NCBI GenBank assembly: GCA_037189525.1
Contig: JBBCJC010000002.1
Span: 1,312,001 to 1,376,000 of the forward strand
DNA from: Gemmatimonadales bacterium
Lineage (GTDB): Bacteria; Gemmatimonadota; Gemmatimonadetes; Gemmatimonadales; GWC2-71-9
DNA: 64,000 nt
Direction: 5' to 3'
The position numbers and the translations under genes are program-made. Positions 59,742 to 64,000 of the stretch are shown one piece after another (position 1 is the stretch's first letter; every line of letters starts with the position of its first letter). The notes beneath the pieces were generated by a model. It ran no database searches. It saw only the letters and a program-made list of their open reading frames with translations, and had not been told where the DNA came from.

Positions 59742-60851
59742 ATGAGCGATTCGACGTCCCTTCTCCAGACCCCTTTGGTTGAGATCCACCGCACCTCCGG
59801 CGGCAAGATGGTGCCCTTCGCGGGATGGGAGATGCCGGTCCAGTACACCTCGGGCATCATGGCCGAGCACCAGGCGGTGCGAACGGGCTGTGGCGTCTTC
59901 GATGTCTCCCATATGGGTGAGTTCGAAGTGACAGGCCCCGATCGGAACGCTTTCGTCAACCGGATCACCTGCAACGACGTTAGCGCGCTGGCCTCCGGTC
60001 AGGTCCAGTACTCGGCCCTCCTCACCAAAGAGGGGACCGTCGTCGACGATTGTACCGTCTATCGGTTCGACGACAAGCTGATGCTGGTCGTCAACGCGGC
60101 CAACCGCGCCAAGGCGTGGGAGCATATCGTCGATCTCAAGGGCGGCGCCAACATCCGGCTCCGCGACATCTCCGACGACATCGGCTTGCTTGCCGTGCAG
60201 GGCCCCAAGACGCAGGAACTGCTGCAGCCGATCTCGAGCGTGGCGCTCGACGCCATCGGCTACTATCACCATACCACGGGCCGGATCGGCGGGGTGGACT
60301 GCTTCATTTCCCGGACCGGTTACACCGGCGAAGACGGCTTCGAGATCTACTGCCGTTGGCGCGACACGGTGGCCCTCTGGGAGGCCGTGGTCAACGTCGG
60401 CGCCAAGCCGATCGGCCTGGGCGCGCGCGATTCGCTCCGGCTCGAGATGGGATACGCGCTCTACGGCCAGGAAATCGACGAGACCATCACGCCGCTCGAG
60501 GCCGGGTTGGGTTGGATCGTCAAGCTCGACAAGGGCGCTCCGTTCGTCGGCGCCGAGGCGCTCAGGTCGCAGAAGGAACGCGGGGTGACCCGCCGGTTGG
60601 TGGGCTTCAAGCTGCTGGGCCGAGGCGTGCCCCGCCCGGGCTATCCGGTCTGGATCGACGGCCGCCAGGTCGATCAGGTGCGCAGCGGGAGCCAGAGCCC
60701 CTCGCTCGGTGCGCCGATCGGGACCACGTTCCTGCCGGCTGCGCAGGCCAAGGTCGGAACCCGGTTCGAAGTCGAGTGCCGCGGTGAGCGGATCCCGGCC
60801 GAAGTGGTCAAGCGCCCCTTCTGGGACAAGGGGTCGGTCCGTAAGGCCTGA
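59742..60851 (+). CDS. gcvT: Glycine cleavage system aminomethyltransferase T
   Basis: [40 protein letters not shown]. Confidence 0.96.
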   Translation: MSDSTSLLQTPLVEIHRTSGGKMVPFAGWEMPVQYTSGIMAEHQAVRTGCGVFDVSHMGEFEVTGPDRNAFVNRITCNDVSALASGQVQYSALLTKEGTVVDDCTVYRFDDKLMLVVNAANRAKAWEHIVDLKGGANIRLRDISDDIGLLAVQGPKTQELLQPISSVALDAIGYYHHTTGRIGGVDCFISRTGYTGEDGFEIYCRWRDTVALWEAVVNVGAKPIGLGARDSLRLEMGYALYGQEIDETITPLEAGLGWIVKLDKGAPFVGAEALRSQKERGVTRRLVGFKLLGRGVPRPGYPVWIDGRQVDQVRSGSQSPSLGAPIGTTFLPAAQAKVGTRFEVECRGERIPAEVVKRPFWDKGSVRKA

Positions 60852-60852
60852 G

Positions 60853-61345
60853 ATGAGCGGGGGGCGTCCGGTCCGGGTGGCCATCCTCACCGTCTCCGAC
60901 GCCGGTGTGCGCGGCGAGCGTGCGGATACCTCGGGCGACGCCATCGCGGCGTGGGCGGCCGAGCGCGGCTACCCGATCGCAGCCCGCGCGCTGGTGGCGG
61001 ATGAGGTGGCGCAGATCGTTCCGGTGCTGTTGCAGTGGGCCGATCGGGACGTGGCCGATCTCATCCTCACCACGGGCGGCACCGGTTTGACGGCGCGTGA
61101 CGTAACGCCCGAGGCCACCCGTGTCGTGCTCGAGAAGGAAGCGCCCGGCATTGCCGAGGCCATTCGGATGACCGGGTACCGGGAGTTCCCCAGGGCGGTG
61201 CTCTCGCGGGGGCTGTCCGGAAGCCGGGCGCGGAGCCTCATCGTCAATTTGCCGGGAAGTACCGGTGGGGTCCGCGACGGACTCGCGGTGCTGTCACCGC
61301 TGGTCGAACACGCCGTGGATCTGCTGCAGGGAGTACGAACCGGGC

Positions 61346-61353
<8 letters not shown>
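60853..61353 (+). CDS. mog: Molybdopterin adenylyltransferase (MogA/MoaB)
   Basis: [27 protein letters not shown]. Confidence 0.9.
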
Positions 61354-62845
<1,492 letters not shown>

Positions 62846-62942
62846 CGGGCCAGGTGTAAAAAAATAAGGCACTGGAACTTGACTTTGATCCGATCAATGT
62901 TGATCGTTCTTGCGTCACCCCCAGAGCCATTCAGGGCGTAGC

Positions 62943-64000
62943 GTGCATTTCGTCATCGATGACGAGGCCTGCGTCGGCTGTCTGGCGTGCGTCCGGGTGT
63001 GTCCGAGCAACGCAATTGCGGTTGCGCCGGACGGCTCTTGGGTGCGCGTCATCGACGAGGCGTGCGTGCACTGCGGGCTGTGTGTGCCGGAATGCCCTCA
63101 TGGCGCGGTCGATGTGGCCGGCGAGTTGGGGCATGCCGTCGCGATTGCTGCGGAGGGAACCGGCGCGCTGATTCTCGACACCGAGTGCGCGGCGCATTTT
63201 TATCCGGCCGTGCCGGAGCAGGTCGTCAATGCCTGCTACGCAGCGGGGTTCCGGCTGGTGTCGCGCGGCGTGATCGGTGACGAGTTGGTGGCCATGGAGT
63301 ATCTCCGGCTCTGGCAGAGCGAGACCTGGGGCACGCTGATTCGGTCGACCGATCCTGTCGTGGTCGCCACGGTGCGCTCGGAGTTTCCGGAGCTGGTGCC
63401 GTACCTTGCGCCGGTGGTGCCGCCGGTGGTCGCCGAAGGGCGCTACCTGCGCTCGATCCAGCCGGAGGGGATCAAGGTCGTCTATGCGGGTCTCACGCCT
63501 ATGGCGGGCGTACCGGAGATCGACGCGGCGATCACCTTTGCGGAACTGGACGAGCTGTTCCGGGCCCGCGGGGTTGCGGTGCAGGCGCAGCCGACGGTCT
63601 TTACCCGGGTTCCCCAGGAGCGGCGTCGGCATTTGAGCGTGGCGGGTGGCTTGCCGGTAACGATGCTGGAGGAGGCCAAGCACTCGAGCCGGCGGTTCCA
63701 GAAAGTCCGCGGGCTCTCGGGGCTCAAGGCCATCTCGCGTGCGGTGACGGTGGATCGGATCGATCTCGGGTTTGTCGACGTGCTCTCGTATGAGGGCGCC
63801 CTCGATCACCCGCTCTCCGGTCCGCGCGACCAGCTGTACTGGCGCCGGGCGGTGGTACAGAACACCGAGCCGCCGCGGAGCCGGGTACCGGTGGTCGAGG
63901 CGGGTGTGGTGGCCAGCGTGGGGGCAGTCTTCGATATTCGGCCGCGGACCAATGCGGGCGCCGAGCCGGAGCAGGTCGAGCAGGTCCTTGCCGCCATCGG
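62943..64000 (+). CDS. 2x[4Fe-4S] ferredoxin + degenerate [FeFe]-hydrogenase-like domain protein (partial)
   Basis: CVGCLACVRVCP and CVHCGLCVPECP; LIRSTDPVVV..FPELVPYLAPVVPP; runs off the window. Confidence 0.75.
   Translation, partial: MHFVIDDEACVGCLACVRVCPSNAIAVAPDGSWVRVIDEACVHCGLCVPECPHGAVDVAGELGHAVAIAAEGTGALILDTECAAHFYPAVPEQVVNACYAAGFRLVSRGVIGDELVAMEYLRLWQSETWGTLIRSTDPVVVATVRSEFPELVPYLAPVVPPVVAEGRYLRSIQPEGIKVVYAGLTPMAGVPEIDAAITFAELDELFRARGVAVQAQPTVFTRVPQERRRHLSVAGGLPVTMLEEAKHSSRRFQKVRGLSGLKAISRAVTVDRIDLGFVDVLSYEGALDHPLSGPRDQLYWRRAVVQNTEPPRSRVPVVEAGVVASVGAVFDIRPRTNAGAEPEQVEQVLAAI

Noticed and set aside
62872..62890. Sigma54 promoter upstream of the Fe-S gene
   Set aside because: TGGAAC...TTGA lacks the GG-N10-GC spacing.

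Overview
GC-rich bacterial chromosome segment. Gene content (ADOP/MacB permease, 6-bladed propellers, stand-alone atpAGDC block) suggests Gemmatimonadota, but this is inference. 1-22.9 kb: 5' end of rho, site-2 protease, transport/signalling/hydrolase genes and tRNA-Arg(CCG). 22,984-40,695: a 17.66-kb element integrated in the 3' half of tRNA-Pro(CGG), bounded by 49-bp direct repeats. It looks like a phage satellite. It has a tyrosine integrase, Xis-like HTHs, an XRE switch, an AAA_25/RepA helicase with an iteron-like origin, a lambda-like cos site followed by a truncated Nu1/TerS-like (Rpp-like) gene, and a coupled operon. That operon encodes a gpD-like decoration protein, a coiled-coil protein, a -1-frameshifting tail assembly chaperone pair, a 963-aa tape measure protein and a Nu3-like scaffold. 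No major capsid, portal, TerL, tail tube or lysis gene was recognised. The left third carries candidate defence cargo (HEPN operon, DUF4145-like, NDT/TIR-like, Abi-alpha-like). 40.7-64 kb: six-tRNA operon, mlaEFD, atpAGDC, outer-membrane proteins, waaA, a cation/H+ antiporter with a probable nhaA-I (Li+) riboswitch, gcvT, mog, a sigma54 activator and a ferredoxin/degenerate [FeFe]-hydrogenase-like gene cut by the window end. All family calls are by-eye motif recognition; no database searches were run.
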